A DNA stretch of 64,000 nt from Anaerolineae bacterium (GCA_015486845.1 WFQU01000160.1:3313-67312), one strand, 5' to 3'. Positions 28,542 to 40,309 are shown, numbered from the stretch's first letter. Numbers and translations: made by a program. The notes: generated by a model not told the origin, from the letters alone.

Positions 28542-30794
28542 TCACGGAGCAGCGGGCGGCCAGAGTGTGTATTTCCGCAGCGCCGGCGGATCGGACTCGG
28601 CAACCCAGAGGGTTCCCCCCTCCGCCGCCATCAATCCAGGTTGGACGGCACCCTCTCCGTCCAGCGGCAACTTGCCCAACCAACGCAGGTCGCGCCCGTA
28701 GAAAAAGTCAATTCCCTTGCCGGAAGCACTCAGGACAGCCACATTTCCGGTTGCCGCCGCAAAGATTATCGCATCGGGGCGGGCAGGTAACGCTGCTTCT
28801 GATAGCAACGCACCGTCTCGCAGACGATAAGCGCGCAACCGGCGAGCCGCCCGGTCAACGACGTACACCACGCCGGCGGAACGATCCAAAGCCAGCAGTG
28901 CGGGGGCGCCCTGTACCCGCAACGTCGCCGTGATTACACCGTTGACAACGTGCAGCAAACGTCCTCCGGCAGTGTCAGCCCCCCAGACGCCCGCACCTCC
29001 AGCATCGGAGCACAAAGAGAGCAAGGAAGTCGACAAAATCCGGGTGTAGTCGATCCGACCGTCACGGTCGTAATGATACAGCGACGGCGGCCACCAACTA
29101 CCGGCATACCAACCATCCTGGACAGCCGCCGCGGCCAGCGGCATTCCCGGCAAGGGATCAGCTCTCCGCCAGGAAAAAGTATTCTCCTGGCGAGACAACA
29201 AGCGCGTCCGGCCGCCGTCGGCGGCTAAAAGTAAAGCCCGATCCCCCGCGCCGGCCAACATGCCGCTCACGCCGGGATCACCTTGCCAGATTTGTGCCAA
29301 ATCAGCGCCGCTGAACGCATGCAGTTTGCCGGTACCATCGTTCAGCAACAGCACATTAGTCAATAACGACAGGGCCACCGGCTGCGCCGACAAGGCGACA
29401 CTTTTCGCCAAAACCGGCCTGGCCCAAACCGCGGTAGGCGATGCCGTCGGAGTAATCGTTGACGTCGGCGTCGGCGTGGCAGTCGGTGGCGACGTGTAAC
29501 GGTGCCAGAGCAACGGCAGCCATTGCCACGAAGCGCCGGTGCGCAAAATGCGGTAACTGTGACAGTACGTTGGGCGGTTCAATGGCCGTATCTGGATGTA
29601 ATAGCGGCGTTCCGGCTGCCCTTGCCAGCGCAACAGCAAAGGGGTCTGGCCGCTAACGCCGGCTAACGGGCACATATTCATTCCCTGGTAAAGAGAAACG
29701 GAGGCTAAAAGGCCGGGCCCCAAGCCGGATATAGTCAACTGACACGATGAAGGGAAATGACTATCGAAATAAAGCCAATCCTGATCGGTCAAAGAGGAAA
29801 ACGTGTGTTGCTGGGAAACACCTTCGTCCAAAGGATGTGCCAACGTTCTGCGATCGTCCGGCTCAAAATAATCACTGGGACAAGTTGGCGTCACCGTCGG
29901 CGTAAAAGTTGGCGAGGCCGTTGGAGTAGCCGTCGGTGTTGGCGTAGATGTTGTCGTCGGCGTCCAGGTTGGCGTCGCTGTGGCCGTGGCTGTGGGTGTC
30001 AATGTTGGCGTCGGCGTGGGCGTGCAGGTAGGTGTGCTTGTCGCCGTCGCCGTGGGCGTAGCAGTCGGCGTGGGCGTGGGTGGACATTCCGAAGAAGGCA
30101 GTTGCGCTGCCAATGTTTCGACTTGTCGTGACGTCAAAGCACCGCCGTAAAGATGAATTTCATCTAACTCGCCGGCGTACGCAAATTGATACCAACGCCC
30201 CATGACCACGTTTCCATGACCGACCAAACCGGCAGCCTCTTTTTGGCCCACCAAAGCGCCGTTCAAATAAAGCTGCAACGACGTGCCGTCATAAACGGTT
30301 GCCACGTGTTGCCAGGTATCTATTACAGCCGGTAGCGTGCTCGTCACGGTTTGCCAGCCATTCTGCCACCCTTCCCAGACAAGTTTCTGAGTCGTCGGTT
30401 CCATATAAAGCCAAAACGTATCGTCATGCCAAAGTGTGGCATAATCCGAAGCCCGCCTGGAATCTATCCAAAAAGATAGTGCGAAAGCAGAACGGCTGTG
30501 CCAACCGGCCATAGGCAATGTCAAAGCGCTACTCCGGCCATCAAAAGCAATGCCCCAACAACGGTACCCGGGCCGAAAAGTCAACGCATTGCCGGAGGCA
30601 TCTCGCCCGGCAGGGCTACTATCGGCTAACGTGGCAAAAGAAAAGTTCCATTCGCCCTGCAACAGCGGCCAAGGCGCCGGCGTGGGCGTAGGCGTACGCG
30701 GCGCTTCCGGGGCAGGCACAGATATCACCGATAGTGCGACGCTCGGCATCACGACAAAGCTCATCAGAAGAAACCGCCAGAAAGAAGCTAACAA
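28542..30794 (-). CDS. secreted multidomain protein: LamG/concanavalin-like domain, Thr-Pro linker, pre-peptidase C-terminal-like domain, Thr-Pro linker, C-terminal beta-propeller-like region
   Basis: An N-terminal signal peptide. LamG-like segment LTLPMAGW...SFWI...LYLNGALVG. Long (TP)n linkers. The C-terminal 300 aa are repetitive and beta-rich. Confidence 0.6.
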   Translation of the reverse strand: MLASFWRFLLMSFVVMPSVALSVISVPAPEAPRTPTPTPAPWPLLQGEWNFSFATLADSSPAGRDASGNALTFRPGYRCWGIAFDGRSSALTLPMAGWHSRSAFALSFWIDSRRASDYATLWHDDTFWLYMEPTTQKLVWEGWQNGWQTVTSTLPAVIDTWQHVATVYDGTSLQLYLNGALVGQKEAAGLVGHGNVVMGRWYQFAYAGELDEIHLYGGALTSRQVETLAAQLPSSECPPTPTPTATPTATATSTPTCTPTPTPTLTPTATATATPTWTPTTTSTPTPTATPTASPTFTPTVTPTCPSDYFEPDDRRTLAHPLDEGVSQQHTFSSLTDQDWLYFDSHFPSSCQLTISGLGPGLLASVSLYQGMNMCPLAGVSGQTPLLLRWQGQPERRYYIQIRPLNRPTYCHSYRILRTGASWQWLPLLWHRYTSPPTATPTPTSTITPTASPTAVWARPVLAKSVALSAQPVALSLLTNVLLLNDGTGKLHAFSGADLAQIWQGDPGVSGMLAGAGDRALLLAADGGRTRLLSRQENTFSWRRADPLPGMPLAAAAVQDGWYAGSWWPPSLYHYDRDGRIDYTRILSTSLLSLCSDAGGAGVWGADTAGGRLLHVVNGVITATLRVQGAPALLALDRSAGVVYVVDRAARRLRAYRLRDGALLSEAALPARPDAIIFAAATGNVAVLSASGKGIDFFYGRDLRWLGKLPLDGEGAVQPGLMAAEGGTLWVAESDPPALRKYTLWPPAAP

Positions 30795-30959
30795 AGCGTT
30801 ACCCGCCCATCACGAAACAAATGGTTGTCAACCTGAGAATAGTGCTATTTCTCCCAAAAAACAGGACAATACGTGACGCGTACTACATACTACGTATTGC
30901 GTGTCACGCACCATTTTCAGGCACTGTTCTTTACCGCAGGCTCATGGTCATGCCTTTAC

Positions 30960-31979
30960 TCACAAATAAGCCGAAAGGTCCCACAGGTGCAAGCGAGGAT
31001 TCGGCGTGATGCCGGGAATGCGTCCCCGTTTCGCCACCGGCACGCCATCCACCTCTTTGATGTCCGCGGTAAAATCGTTGGGCGCTGCACCAGAAATAGC
31101 GCTGCCGATGCCAAAAGCGTCCACCGGCGCCGCGGCTGCGCGGAAATAACGAATCCGCTCCGGCGTGATGCCGCCGCTAACCACAATATGCACGAAATCG
31201 AAGCCAGCTTGATCGAGCCGCGCCCGGACTTCTTTAACCAGGGCAGCGGTGACCCGGCCCCGCTCCGATGGCGTATCCAGCCGCACGCCCCACAACCGTC
31301 GGCCCAACGCTTTTGCCACCCGTAACGATTCTTCCGCCTCATCTTTGAAAGTGTCCACCAAAGCAATACGCTTCACGTCTGGCGGCATAAGCCGGTCGAA
31401 TGCTTCCATAGTGCGCACAGTATCCCCCACACAAAGAATCAAAGCGTGCGGAATCGTGCCCGACGCCGTCACACCGGCCAACGCGGCGCCGGCCGTAGTG
31501 GCGCAACCAGAACAACCACCAACCATTGCAGCATACTCCAGCCGAGCTGCCACATCGGGATGCACATGCCGGGCGCCGAAATGAAGCACAGGAAGGCCGT
31601 CAGCCGCGTCAACACACGCTCTGGATGCCGTCGCCCAACCGGTTTCATGGGCCAAAATGCCCAACATGGCGGTTTCATAAAGGCCAAACGTCCTATACGG
31701 CGCCTGAATGCGCAAAACCACTTCTTTGGCATCTACTTGCATGCCCTCTTCCAGACCAAAAACGCGCCCTTCTGGCGGTAAAACGCGCGCCAATAACGCT
31801 TTCACTTCCTCCACACCGCATAACAGACCGGCCCGCGCTGGGAATAATTCCATCGCCACATGGGGCGACAAGTTTTCTGCTGCTAAAATCTGCATAGCTC
31901 GCGGAAAATAAACATCTGCCGTCTCACCGCTTAGCAGCGCCGGCAATGGTGCGAACCGTGTTTTCTCCCCCCCCATCAT
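30960..31979 (-). CDS. nicotinate phosphoribosyltransferase family protein (type II PRTase)
   Basis: 339 aa with the NAPRTase/QAPRTase fold (LHFGARHVHPD..., GVRLDTPSERG). Adjacent to pncA. Confidence 0.65.
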   Translation of the reverse strand: MMGGEKTRFAPLPALLSGETADVYFPRAMQILAAENLSPHVAMELFPARAGLLCGVEEVKALLARVLPPEGRVFGLEEGMQVDAKEVVLRIQAPYRTFGLYETAMLGILAHETGWATASRACVDAADGLPVLHFGARHVHPDVAARLEYAAMVGGCSGCATTAGAALAGVTASGTIPHALILCVGDTVRTMEAFDRLMPPDVKRIALVDTFKDEAEESLRVAKALGRRLWGVRLDTPSERGRVTAALVKEVRARLDQAGFDFVHIVVSGGITPERIRYFRAAAAPVDAFGIGSAISGAAPNDFTADIKEVDGVPVAKRGRIPGITPNPRLHLWDLSAYL

Positions 31980-32014
31980 AACCTCCTATTTACAAGATAC
32001 ACCGGGCCACAATC

Positions 32015-32539
32015 CTAACGCAGGATCGTCGCACCGAGAATTTTTTCCATGTGTTGCAAAGCAAAAACATGCGCTTCCGGATCAAAAGAGGCAACACAAT
32101 CAGCAGGAACCAAAACCGGATAGTCACGATTACGAGCATCGGCCACCGTGTGCAAAACGCAAATATCAGTACAAACGCCACAAATAGTGATTTGCTCCGG
32201 CTGTAAGGCAGCTAAACGCATCGCCAGATCGGTATCAAAGAAAGCACTATAACGCCGCTTTTCAATCAACGTTCCCCGGGCCAGAAAAGGCGCTAATTCC
32301 GGAATAATCTCCGCCTCCACGCTGCCACGAATGCAGTGCGGCGGCCACATCTGGAACTCTTTATCATCTGGATCGTGGGTATCCGCCGTGAAAAAGAGCT
32401 GGGCGGAACGCGCCATGGCAGCTTCTAAACAAAGCTGGATTGGCTCGATCACTCTTCTGACCTCAGCACCACAATAAAGAGGATAGCCTTCTTCCAAAAA
32501 ACCTCGCTGCATATCAACAACTATCACGGCTTCTCGCAT
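32015..32539 (-). CDS. pncA: nicotinamidase/pyrazinamidase (isochorismatase-like cysteine hydrolase)
   Basis: MREAVIVVDMQRGF...TADTHDPDD...ICGVCTDICV catalytic triad context. Confidence 0.8.
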   Translation of the reverse strand: MREAVIVVDMQRGFLEEGYPLYCGAEVRRVIEPIQLCLEAAMARSAQLFFTADTHDPDDKEFQMWPPHCIRGSVEAEIIPELAPFLARGTLIEKRRYSAFFDTDLAMRLAALQPEQITICGVCTDICVLHTVADARNRDYPVLVPADCVASFDPEAHVFALQHMEKILGATILR

Positions 32540-32854
32540 CGTCAGCCTCCTTCAGTAAAGCCATAAATGATAAAATCAGAAGATTTATTGATTCGTATGA
32601 GAACCATTCAGCGCGTACTTTATCGATAAGATGCTTGTATGTTTGCTATCCGGTACCTACCAACGCACGGCGACAACACGATGTAAGCGCTCAATGGTGT
32701 GACAACCAATTGTTGTAACAATGGGGGGGAGTAGAACGTTTAATGTCCGCTTTCGCCGACGCGCAACCGCCTTGACAGATGTCAGTTCCGCAAAATTTGC
32801 TGCGAATTCATTGGTCAGGCGCTTGCTTAACCTTTTAGTTTCGGTATGTCCGCG

Positions 32855-33970
32855 TCAGGAAGAAACATTACGGGAACGACGCAGCCAAGCAGGAATGTCT
32901 AAATCATCACTCGGCACATTCTCTTCTTCATCTTGATGTAAAGAAAGATACTCTGGCTGGTTAGATGTCGGCGCTTGATTGTCTATCACGGCCTTGTTCT
33001 TATTCTGGTCGCGTTTGAAGCCAGTCGCAATGACCGTAATGGAAATTTCATCCCGCATATCAGGATTTATCACAGCGCCAAAGATGATATTAGCATCCTG
33101 ATGCGCCGTTCGCCGAATGAGTTCGGCCGCTTCGTTAATTTCGTACAAACTCATGTCTTCGCCACCGGTCACGTTAAAGAGGATGCCGCGAGCCCCCTCA
33201 ATGCTAACATCCAACAAATGACTGTGAATGGCCTGTTCGGCTGCTTCCACAGCCCGGTTATCGCCTTTCGCCCGTCCAATGGACATCAGCGCCGCACCAC
33301 CTTCGTTCATAATGGAACGGACATCAGCAAAATCCAGGTTGATCAATCCTGGCACTGTAATCAACTCCGAAATACCCTGGATGCCCTGCCGTAACACATC
33401 ATCAGCCACCATGAAAGCAGACTGGATAGAGGCTTTCTTGTCCACAATTTGCAACAAACGATCATTAGGAATCACAATCAGGGTATCCACTTCCTCCTGC
33501 AATTGATCAATCCCTTTTTCGGCAACCGTGCGCCGGCGAGAACCTTCGAAAGTAAACGGCTTGGTCACTACACCGATAGTCAAAGCTCCCGCAGCTTTAG
33601 CCATTTTCGCTAAAATAGGTGAGGCACCCGTGCCGGTGCCGCCACCAATACCGGCGGTAATAAATACCATATCAGAGTCTTCAACCACAGCCTTCAATTC
33701 ATCCATAGACTCTTCTGCAGCTTTGCGGCCGATTTCGGGATCACCACCGGAGCCCAAACCTTTAGTCAACTTGTCGCCTATGCGAACACGCACAGGGGAC
33801 TGAGAAAGAAGCAAAGCCTGGCTATCAGTATTCACGACCACGAACTCAACACCCCGAATACCCGCTTCGATCATTCGGTCTACCGCATTCGAGCCGCCGC
33901 CCCCTACACCAACCACCTTAATATTTGCCGTGCTATCTGCGAACCGTTGTTGCTTGCCTTTAGAAGCCAT
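32855..33970 (-). CDS. ftsZ: cell division GTPase FtsZ
   Basis: [10 protein letters not shown] and [10 protein letters not shown] tubulin motifs. The true start [10 protein letters not shown] has a GGAAAGGAG ribosome-binding site. The ORF track extends spuriously upstream to 34177. Confidence 0.9.
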   Translation of the reverse strand: MASKGKQQRFADSTANIKVVGVGGGGSNAVDRMIEAGIRGVEFVVVNTDSQALLLSQSPVRVRIGDKLTKGLGSGGDPEIGRKAAEESMDELKAVVEDSDMVFITAGIGGGTGTGASPILAKMAKAAGALTIGVVTKPFTFEGSRRRTVAEKGIDQLQEEVDTLIVIPNDRLLQIVDKKASIQSAFMVADDVLRQGIQGISELITVPGLINLDFADVRSIMNEGGAALMSIGRAKGDNRAVEAAEQAIHSHLLDVSIEGARGILFNVTGGEDMSLYEINEAAELIRRTAHQDANIIFGAVINPDMRDEISITVIATGFKRDQNKNKAVIDNQAPTSNQPEYLSLHQDEEENVPSDDLDIPAWLRRSRNVSS

Positions 33971-34344
33971 TGTTTCTTTGCTCCTTTCCATTGATTCCTC
34001 CCCTGGTCCCGCCTTTTCAGCCTTGACTTCAGCGCCATGCACTACTGCTTCTGCTCTAATATTACCATCCATTGAAAAATTCTCGGCCCTTTCTAACTTC
34101 TCCTGCGAGAGAGGCTGCTTGCCATCCGTATCCATATTAAATGAATACATCAACATGACCTCCGGTAATTTCTGCATTATCGTTTTCCTCCCTCGCCATT
34201 ACTGGATTCCGAACCTCGTTAAAATCACTCGACGGAACCAGTACTAATTTCAATTCCCTCCGGTAGCCATGTCTACAACTAATCTACCCACCAAATTTAT
34301 CCCAGAGCACAGAAAATAGATTCGGGAATCAGAAATCAGGCGGC

Positions 34345-34468
34345 TGGAAAACGTCCGATGATTCTCAACCGCTGCAACAGCTACGAAACCTGCCTGTGCA
34401 GGTTGAACGCCCATCGCCACGGAATAACATGGCAGACGTTGCCATGACTTATAGCCGCTGGGCCGCGT
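34345..34468 (-). repeat. family B copy B6 (core aacctgcctgtgcaggtt at 34387-34404)
   Basis: Lies in the ftsA-ftsZ intergenic region. Shares the arms ggcagacgttgccatgactt and agccgctgggcc with B8 and B7. Confidence 0.75.
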
Positions 34469-34503
34469 AGTTACCCGAACTAATACCTTAAGAACGCCTG
34501 CTA

Positions 34504-35754
34504 TCAACTTTCCCCACTCGGAAGCAACCGCTTCAACCAAGCCGTAAATCGAGAGCCCACACCGCTTGGTGAAAAATTCATAGTCGTCCGATCGGCCAAC
34601 AAAAAAGAAGGACGCCGATCGGCTAACAATAACAGGCCCAAAGCGGTAGCATAAGCCGGTGAACGCAACGAATCCGGCAAATTAATGAAATCCTCGACTT
34701 CTTCCGGTCGCCCCACCCGTACCGGCACATCAAGCATCGTCCGGGCAATCTCGGCAAATCCATCCAACTGAACTGTGCCTCCAGTCAAAACCACGCCGGC
34801 AGTAAGAATTCCATCGTACCCCATCTGTTTGACCTGTTTCCAGATAAATTCCAATATCTCCTCAGCGCGGGCTTGCAAAATAATTGCCAAATTCTGACGA
34901 TTGACAACGTATTCTCCCCCGTCACCAAATCCCTGCACACTAACCCGTTCCGTCGGCGAAACCCTATTTACCAAAGCGCTGCCATATTGAATTTTTAACT
35001 GTTCCGCCGTTTCGATAGGGGCCCGCAATCCCAAAGCGACATCATGCGTAAGGTATTCCCCACCCATGGGCACAACAGCAGTGTGCCAAGCTGTACCATC
35101 CAAATAAATGGCCAAATCAGATGTGCCGCCGCCAATATCGACAGCCAGAACCCCCAATTTGCGTTCTTGCGGCCGCAAAACAGCTTCCCCAGAAGCAAGG
35201 GAACTCAATACCAGCTTCTCCACGCGGATACCGGAGACCTCGATACAACGGAACAGATTCTGCAAGGCCAGTGCATTCGACGCGACCAAATGCGCATTGA
35301 CCTGCAAACGGAACCCGCTCATTCCCACGGGATGATGTACGCCTTCTTGCCCATCGACCACAAAAGCACGCGGCAAGCTAGCGATAATTTCCCAATTTTG
35401 CTCGATCTTTGTCGTCCGGGCACTAGCCAAGACACGACGGACATCGTCCTCCGTAATAATACGATCGTTATTGAAAATGGATATAATCCCAACATTGTCA
35501 AATGAGTGCAAATGACGACCAGAAATGGAAACATAAGCATTTCCCATGCGTGTGCCCGCCTGGCGCTCCACAGTGCTGATGGCCTCTTGTAGCTCCGCCG
35601 TGACTTCCTCGACGTCCACAATGGCACCTTCCCGTACGCCACTCGTTGCAATCATCGCTGCGCCTAATACGTGAATACCATCATCCGTAATCTCAGCGAT
35701 CAAAGTGGTTATTTTCGTCGAACCTATGTCAATGGCAGAAACAATGCTTACCAT
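34504..35754 (-). CDS. ftsA: cell division protein FtsA
   Basis: Actin-like ATPase with IDIGSTKI and VDIGGGTSD. Confidence 0.9.
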   Translation of the reverse strand: MVSIVSAIDIGSTKITTLIAEITDDGIHVLGAAMIATSGVREGAIVDVEEVTAELQEAISTVERQAGTRMGNAYVSISGRHLHSFDNVGIISIFNNDRIITEDDVRRVLASARTTKIEQNWEIIASLPRAFVVDGQEGVHHPVGMSGFRLQVNAHLVASNALALQNLFRCIEVSGIRVEKLVLSSLASGEAVLRPQERKLGVLAVDIGGGTSDLAIYLDGTAWHTAVVPMGGEYLTHDVALGLRAPIETAEQLKIQYGSALVNRVSPTERVSVQGFGDGGEYVVNRQNLAIILQARAEEILEFIWKQVKQMGYDGILTAGVVLTGGTVQLDGFAEIARTMLDVPVRVGRPEEVEDFINLPDSLRSPAYATALGLLLLADRRPSFLLADRTTMNFSPSGVGSRFTAWLKRLLPSGES

Positions 35755-35786
35755 ACGTCCTCCTTCCAGACCGACGCGCCATCGTC

Positions 35787-36614
35787 TTAAGGTGTAACAA
35801 TAGCACTATCAGGGCGTGAAACATCAACGGCAGAGGGCAAAGTTCCCCCATGTTGATTCGAGAAACTATTCAACGCCCCCTGTAAAAGTCGCCATTGCTG
35901 GGATAAATTGTCTGCCTCGCCCAAATAAACGGTTGTCTGATGCCTCCAGCGGAAAGAAAAACCGTCCGGAACACGATAATTGAGCACTTGCAACGCCGGA
36001 TTCAAGGCCAAGAGATGGGAAATTCGGCCGGCATACACAGCGGATAAACGCTTTTCGCCGGTCATCGACACCACTAAGGCGCTTTCGTTATCGATCAATA
36101 CGGGCAGCCGCAAATGAGCACTGGGCAACGCCGGCAACAAAACGCCCTCACCGTCAACCCAAAGGGAGCTTCCTGCTCCTTGCCAAACGAAAACCGGCTG
36201 GCGTTCCACGACACGGATGCGCAGAACAGGTGCCGGAAAAACAGAAACCTGCGCCCGGCGCACAAAAGGCAGTTGTTCCACCCGTTTCTGTAATCGGTCC
36301 GGATCCAGGCCAAATACGTGATAGCCGCCCACATCAGCTTGCCGAACAACAGTCGCCAAGTTAGTATAGTGCAAGCCAGTCACATGCACTTGTGACACAA
36401 AGAGCATATTCCAATTCCAGGCGAAAAGTAACGCTGCAACAGTCAAGAGAGCCAGGAGAGCAGCTAATAACTGCGCTTTAGCCAAGCGCTCGCGCCGGGC
36501 AGTCCGTCGTTGTGCAAACTTGAAATTGTCGACAACAGCCGCCAAAGAGAAACGAGAGCGACGCTTGCGTTTATTGTTATGATAACGTGATGACCGTGAT
36601 GACATCATTCTCAC
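35787..36614 (-). CDS. ftsQ: cell division protein FtsQ/DivIB-like (POTRA)
   Basis: Basic N-terminus, a single transmembrane helix, then POTRA-like VTGLHYTNLATVVR. Confidence 0.7.
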   Translation of the reverse strand: MRMMSSRSSRYHNNKRKRRSRFSLAAVVDNFKFAQRRTARRERLAKAQLLAALLALLTVAALLFAWNWNMLFVSQVHVTGLHYTNLATVVRQADVGGYHVFGLDPDRLQKRVEQLPFVRRAQVSVFPAPVLRIRVVERQPVFVWQGAGSSLWVDGEGVLLPALPSAHLRLPVLIDNESALVVSMTGEKRLSAVYAGRISHLLALNPALQVLNYRVPDGFSFRWRHQTTVYLGEADNLSQQWRLLQGALNSFSNQHGGTLPSAVDVSRPDSAIVTP

Positions 36615-36626
36615 TCGCTTAGCAGG

Positions 36627-37667
36627 CTATCGGGGCTCTAACGCCAAGGATAACAGCTTATCCAACAAAGCCCCGTACGAAAGGCCAGTAGCTTCCCATA
36701 ATTTTGGGTACATGCTGATTTCGGTAAAGCCAGGAAATGTGTTTAGCTCATTCAAATATAAAGTGCCACTCCCTTTATCCAGCAAGAAATCGACCCGGGC
36801 TAACCCACTCCCGTCGATGGCACGAAACGCCCGCAAAGCAATATCCCGCACTTGCTCCGTCAGCGCCGGCGACAACGCGGCCGGAACGACAGTCTGTGAA
36901 CCCGCATTCTGGTATTTCGCCTCATAATCGTACCACGCTTTGCCCGGGATTACTTCCCCCGGCAAAGAGGCCGTGGGGTAATCGTTTCCCAAAACACTGA
37001 CTTCAATCTCGCGAGCTGCAATGCCTTGCTCCACGATCAACCGGCGATCGAAACGAGCGGCCTCTTGCAGCCCAGCCCACAGCGCTGATCGATTATCCGC
37101 TTTAGTGATGCCCACGCTGGAACCCAAATTAGCTGGCTTGACGAAAATAGGATAAGCAAACTGAGATTCCAACTCCGTCAACAACAGTTCACGATCCTCC
37201 GCCAGCACACGGCGCTGCAGGATACGAAAAGGCAAAACCGGCAAACCCTCAGCTTGAAAAAGGCGCTTGCTCAAGCCCTTATCCATGGCCACAGCCGAAG
37301 CCAGCACGCCACATCCAACATAAGGCAAGTCGGCGAGATCAAGGAAACCTTGTAATTTGCCGTCTTCACCGTAAGGGCCGTGCAAAACGGGCAGAATGAC
37401 GTCCACTTCGGATAGCCGTTCAACGACTGGCAGAAGATCAGCCGAGGTTAGTCTATCAACCGGTGCAGAAGGGACAGTACCTTTCAATAACGCTTCTGCA
37501 TCTTTAGCATAATACCATCGTCCGAATTTGTCAATTGCAAGAAAGTATAGCATGTAACGTGAAGCATCCAAGTGGTTGATAATAGAACGAGCAGAAGCCA
37601 AGCTCACCTCATACTCAGCAGAACGGCCACCGAAAATGATACCTACCCGCAACTTCTCTTTACGCAT
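36627..37667 (-). CDS. ddl: D-alanine--D-alanine ligase
   Basis: RVGIIFGGRSAEYEVSL...ATP-grasp...NELNTFPGFT. Start at MRKEKL, with a GAGGAT ribosome-binding site. Confidence 0.85.
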   Translation of the reverse strand: MRKEKLRVGIIFGGRSAEYEVSLASARSIINHLDASRYMLYFLAIDKFGRWYYAKDAEALLKGTVPSAPVDRLTSADLLPVVERLSEVDVILPVLHGPYGEDGKLQGFLDLADLPYVGCGVLASAVAMDKGLSKRLFQAEGLPVLPFRILQRRVLAEDRELLLTELESQFAYPIFVKPANLGSSVGITKADNRSALWAGLQEAARFDRRLIVEQGIAAREIEVSVLGNDYPTASLPGEVIPGKAWYDYEAKYQNAGSQTVVPAALSPALTEQVRDIALRAFRAIDGSGLARVDFLLDKGSGTLYLNELNTFPGFTEISMYPKLWEATGLSYGALLDKLLSLALEPR

Positions 37668-37686
37668 AGTCAAATATCCTCGTTTT

Positions 37687-38625
37687 CTATTCCGCTTCAA
37701 ACTGACTACCTACCAGCATCACTTCAGGTTCCAAGGCTACGCGAAAATGCCTTTTCACTTGCCGCCGGGCCATTTCCATCAGTGCCAAAACATTAGCTGC
37801 CGAGGCATCTCCCAGATTGACAATGAAATTAGCATGAAGCGATGAAATAGCCGCACCGCCAACCCGATAACCTTTCAATCCCACCGCTTCAATCAAACGG
37901 CCGGCATAATCCCCCGGCGGATTTTTGAATACAGAGCCCATACTGGGCGCTTTAGGCTGTGTCAAACGCCGTCGTGCTAAATAGTCCTCCGCCTGCGAAC
38001 GCATAGTAGCCGTGTCGCCCGGCTGCAATTGAAACTGGGCAGCAATCAGCAACGGGACCCAAGCACTTTTGCGCAGACGCTGTTTCAACGCACTATCCCG
38101 ATAAGAAAGCTGCAAGCGCCGAGCCGGCCAGGTGACAAGCGTGCCATCCTGTTGCAAAAGCATCACCCGACGTAGGCTTGCCGCCACGTCCGAGCCGTAA
38201 GCGCCGGCATTGCCGATCACAGCGCCCCCCACGCTGCCCGGAATACTCACCGCCCAGGTTAAGCCAGTCAAGCCCTGGTTTATCGCCTGACGAGCCAAAC
38301 CTGCCAAAGGCGCACCACTTTCTGCCCAAACCAGGCCGTCGGATCTGAACACAACCTTGCGGCAACGGTTGACAACGACTAAGCCAGGAATTCCCGCATC
38401 CCCAACCAAGACATTGCTGCCGCCGCCGAGAAACGTCAGCGGCATCGAGCGCCGCCCAGCATAAGCCACTAACGCCGATAATTGGTCTACATGCCGCACG
38501 ATAGCCATCAGCGCAGCGGGGCCGCCAATGCGAATCATTGTATAAGACGCCAACGGCTCGTTTTCCAACCAGGTCGCGCCGGGGGCCCACTCTCGTAACG
38601 CTTGCCGGTCTGCAGCATCAATCAA
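37687..38625 (-). CDS. murB: UDP-N-acetylenolpyruvoylglucosamine reductase
   Basis: FAD-binding MIRIGGPA...GGGSNVLV and C-terminal MurB domain. Confidence 0.85.
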   Translation of the reverse strand: MIDAADRQALREWAPGATWLENEPLASYTMIRIGGPAALMAIVRHVDQLSALVAYAGRRSMPLTFLGGGSNVLVGDAGIPGLVVVNRCRKVVFRSDGLVWAESGAPLAGLARQAINQGLTGLTWAVSIPGSVGGAVIGNAGAYGSDVAASLRRVMLLQQDGTLVTWPARRLQLSYRDSALKQRLRKSAWVPLLIAAQFQLQPGDTATMRSQAEDYLARRRLTQPKAPSMGSVFKNPPGDYAGRLIEAVGLKGYRVGGAAISSLHANFIVNLGDASAANVLALMEMARRQVKRHFRVALEPEVMLVGSQFEAE

Positions 38626-40027
38626 AACGGTTCGCCTCCTGCGCCCGCAACCGCCGCAAAACCATCTCGCCCACCTGTCCGCTGGTGCCGGCTCCCATAG
38701 TTATCAGCACCGCCCCGGGCTGCAACCAATGTGAAAGTTTCTCCGCCGCCTGCTCGACATCGCCCACGAAACGGACATCCGGATGGTTCAACGTTGCTGC
38801 GACTTTTTCACCGGTCAATCCCAATGTATCCTTTTCCCGGGCCGCGTAAATATCCGTGACTAACACATGGTCGGCGAGAGCAAAGGCATTGCGCCAGCGC
38901 GACAAAAAGGCCGCAGTCCGGCTATACGTGTGCGGCTGGAACAGCACCCACAGCGATGCGTCCTGGTAAAGATCACGAGCAGCCAGTAACGTCGCTTGTA
39001 CTTCCGTGGGATGATGACCATAATCATCGTAAACCTGAATACCATTAACCTCGCCTTTGCGCTCAAAACGCCGCGCGGCGCCGTGATAAGAAGACACATA
39101 AGGCAACAAAGAAATCACATCCATGCCCCAAGCATCCAAAGCGGCCAAAGCCACCAATGCGTTGCTCACGTTATGCCGTCCCAGTACAGCAAGCTGTGCT
39201 GGGCCCAAATTAACACCAGCTCGCCAAACCTGGAACAAGGGATAAGCACCTCGATGCCAATCCCGCGCTTGCCAAGTGGCATTGCGTTGATAAATACTGC
39301 AACCAATGCCCGACAATTGCACTGGACGCTGCGACATGATCAATGCCGCCCCCACATCATCAATCGATGCAATCAATCGCCCATTCGTCAGCGGCAACCG
39401 CTCCACAAAGTGCCGGAAAGCAGCCCGATACACTTCCAACGTTGGAAAACAATCCACGTGATCCCAATCCACCGTCGTCAACGCAATCACATGGGGCTGC
39501 AATCCCAAAAACATGTTGTCGTATTCGTCAGCCTCGATGATGAAATAGTGGCCGTCCCCGGCATCAGCGTTACCCCACACCGGCAAATCGGCACCAATGA
39601 TATAGCCAGCCTGGCGTCCGCCTAAACGCGCCCACTGGATCGCCATGCCGGTGGTAGTCGTTTTGCCGTGTGTGCCAGCTACGGCCAAAACATCCCGTCC
39701 CGCCAAAAGGCGCGCCAGGAAATCCGCCCGTTTCAAGACAGGAACACCTTGCCGCCGGGCAGCCTGGACTTCCGGGTTATCAGGAGGAATAGCCGAAGAA
39801 ATCAATAACAAGTCTGCGCCGGCTATCTGCGACGCCCTGTGCCCAACATCAACGCGGGCGCCCATAGCCCGCAAACGCCGCAAGGTCGGCATATCGGCCC
39901 GATCCGAACCGGAAACAGCAAACCCTTCTTGACAAAGGACCCGCGCGATAGCAGACAGGCCGGTACCGCCAATTCCGACCAAATGAACATGTTCCCGCTT
40001 CGTAAAGGGCATGATTTCTTCTGACAT
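38618..40027 (-). CDS. murC: UDP-N-acetylmuramate--L-alanine ligase
   Basis: HLVGIGGTGLSAIA...VAGTHGKTTTT. Confidence 0.9.
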   Translation of the reverse strand: MSEEIMPFTKREHVHLVGIGGTGLSAIARVLCQEGFAVSGSDRADMPTLRRLRAMGARVDVGHRASQIAGADLLLISSAIPPDNPEVQAARRQGVPVLKRADFLARLLAGRDVLAVAGTHGKTTTTGMAIQWARLGGRQAGYIIGADLPVWGNADAGDGHYFIIEADEYDNMFLGLQPHVIALTTVDWDHVDCFPTLEVYRAAFRHFVERLPLTNGRLIASIDDVGAALIMSQRPVQLSGIGCSIYQRNATWQARDWHRGAYPLFQVWRAGVNLGPAQLAVLGRHNVSNALVALAALDAWGMDVISLLPYVSSYHGAARRFERKGEVNGIQVYDDYGHHPTEVQATLLAARDLYQDASLWVLFQPHTYSRTAAFLSRWRNAFALADHVLVTDIYAAREKDTLGLTGEKVAATLNHPDVRFVGDVEQAAEKLSHWLQPGAVLITMGAGTSGQVGEMVLRRLRAQEANRFD

Positions 40028-40309
40028 TTTTACCTACCTAACCTGGACAAGCCAGAACCAAAAAACTCAACGCAGAAACGCCAAGAGGCAAAGACATAAA
40101 GATTTTTTGATTCTCTTTTTGCTCGTTTTCTCCGTTTTATTCCGTCGCTTTTGCTAACCCTATTCAAGGACCAAGGAACAAAGATTTTATATTTTTCTTA
40201 GCACCTTGGCACCTTTTGCGTCTTAGCGTTAAGTTTTTGCACTATGTACAAGAATTTCGCTGGTAAGGTATTAATGCGATACACCATCATGATCAAAACC
40301 GACACTTGC

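Noticed and set aside
30960-32539. Novel system at the pncA/NAPRTase pair next to ftsZ
   Set aside because: This is the standard two-step nicotinamide-to-NaMN salvage pair. The adjacency to the dcw cluster is likely incidental.
33971-34177. N-terminal extension of FtsZ (track ORF starts at 34177)
   Set aside because: [10 protein letters not shown] at 33970 has a strong GGAAAGGAG ribosome-binding site and matches FtsZ N-termini. The extension is unconserved.
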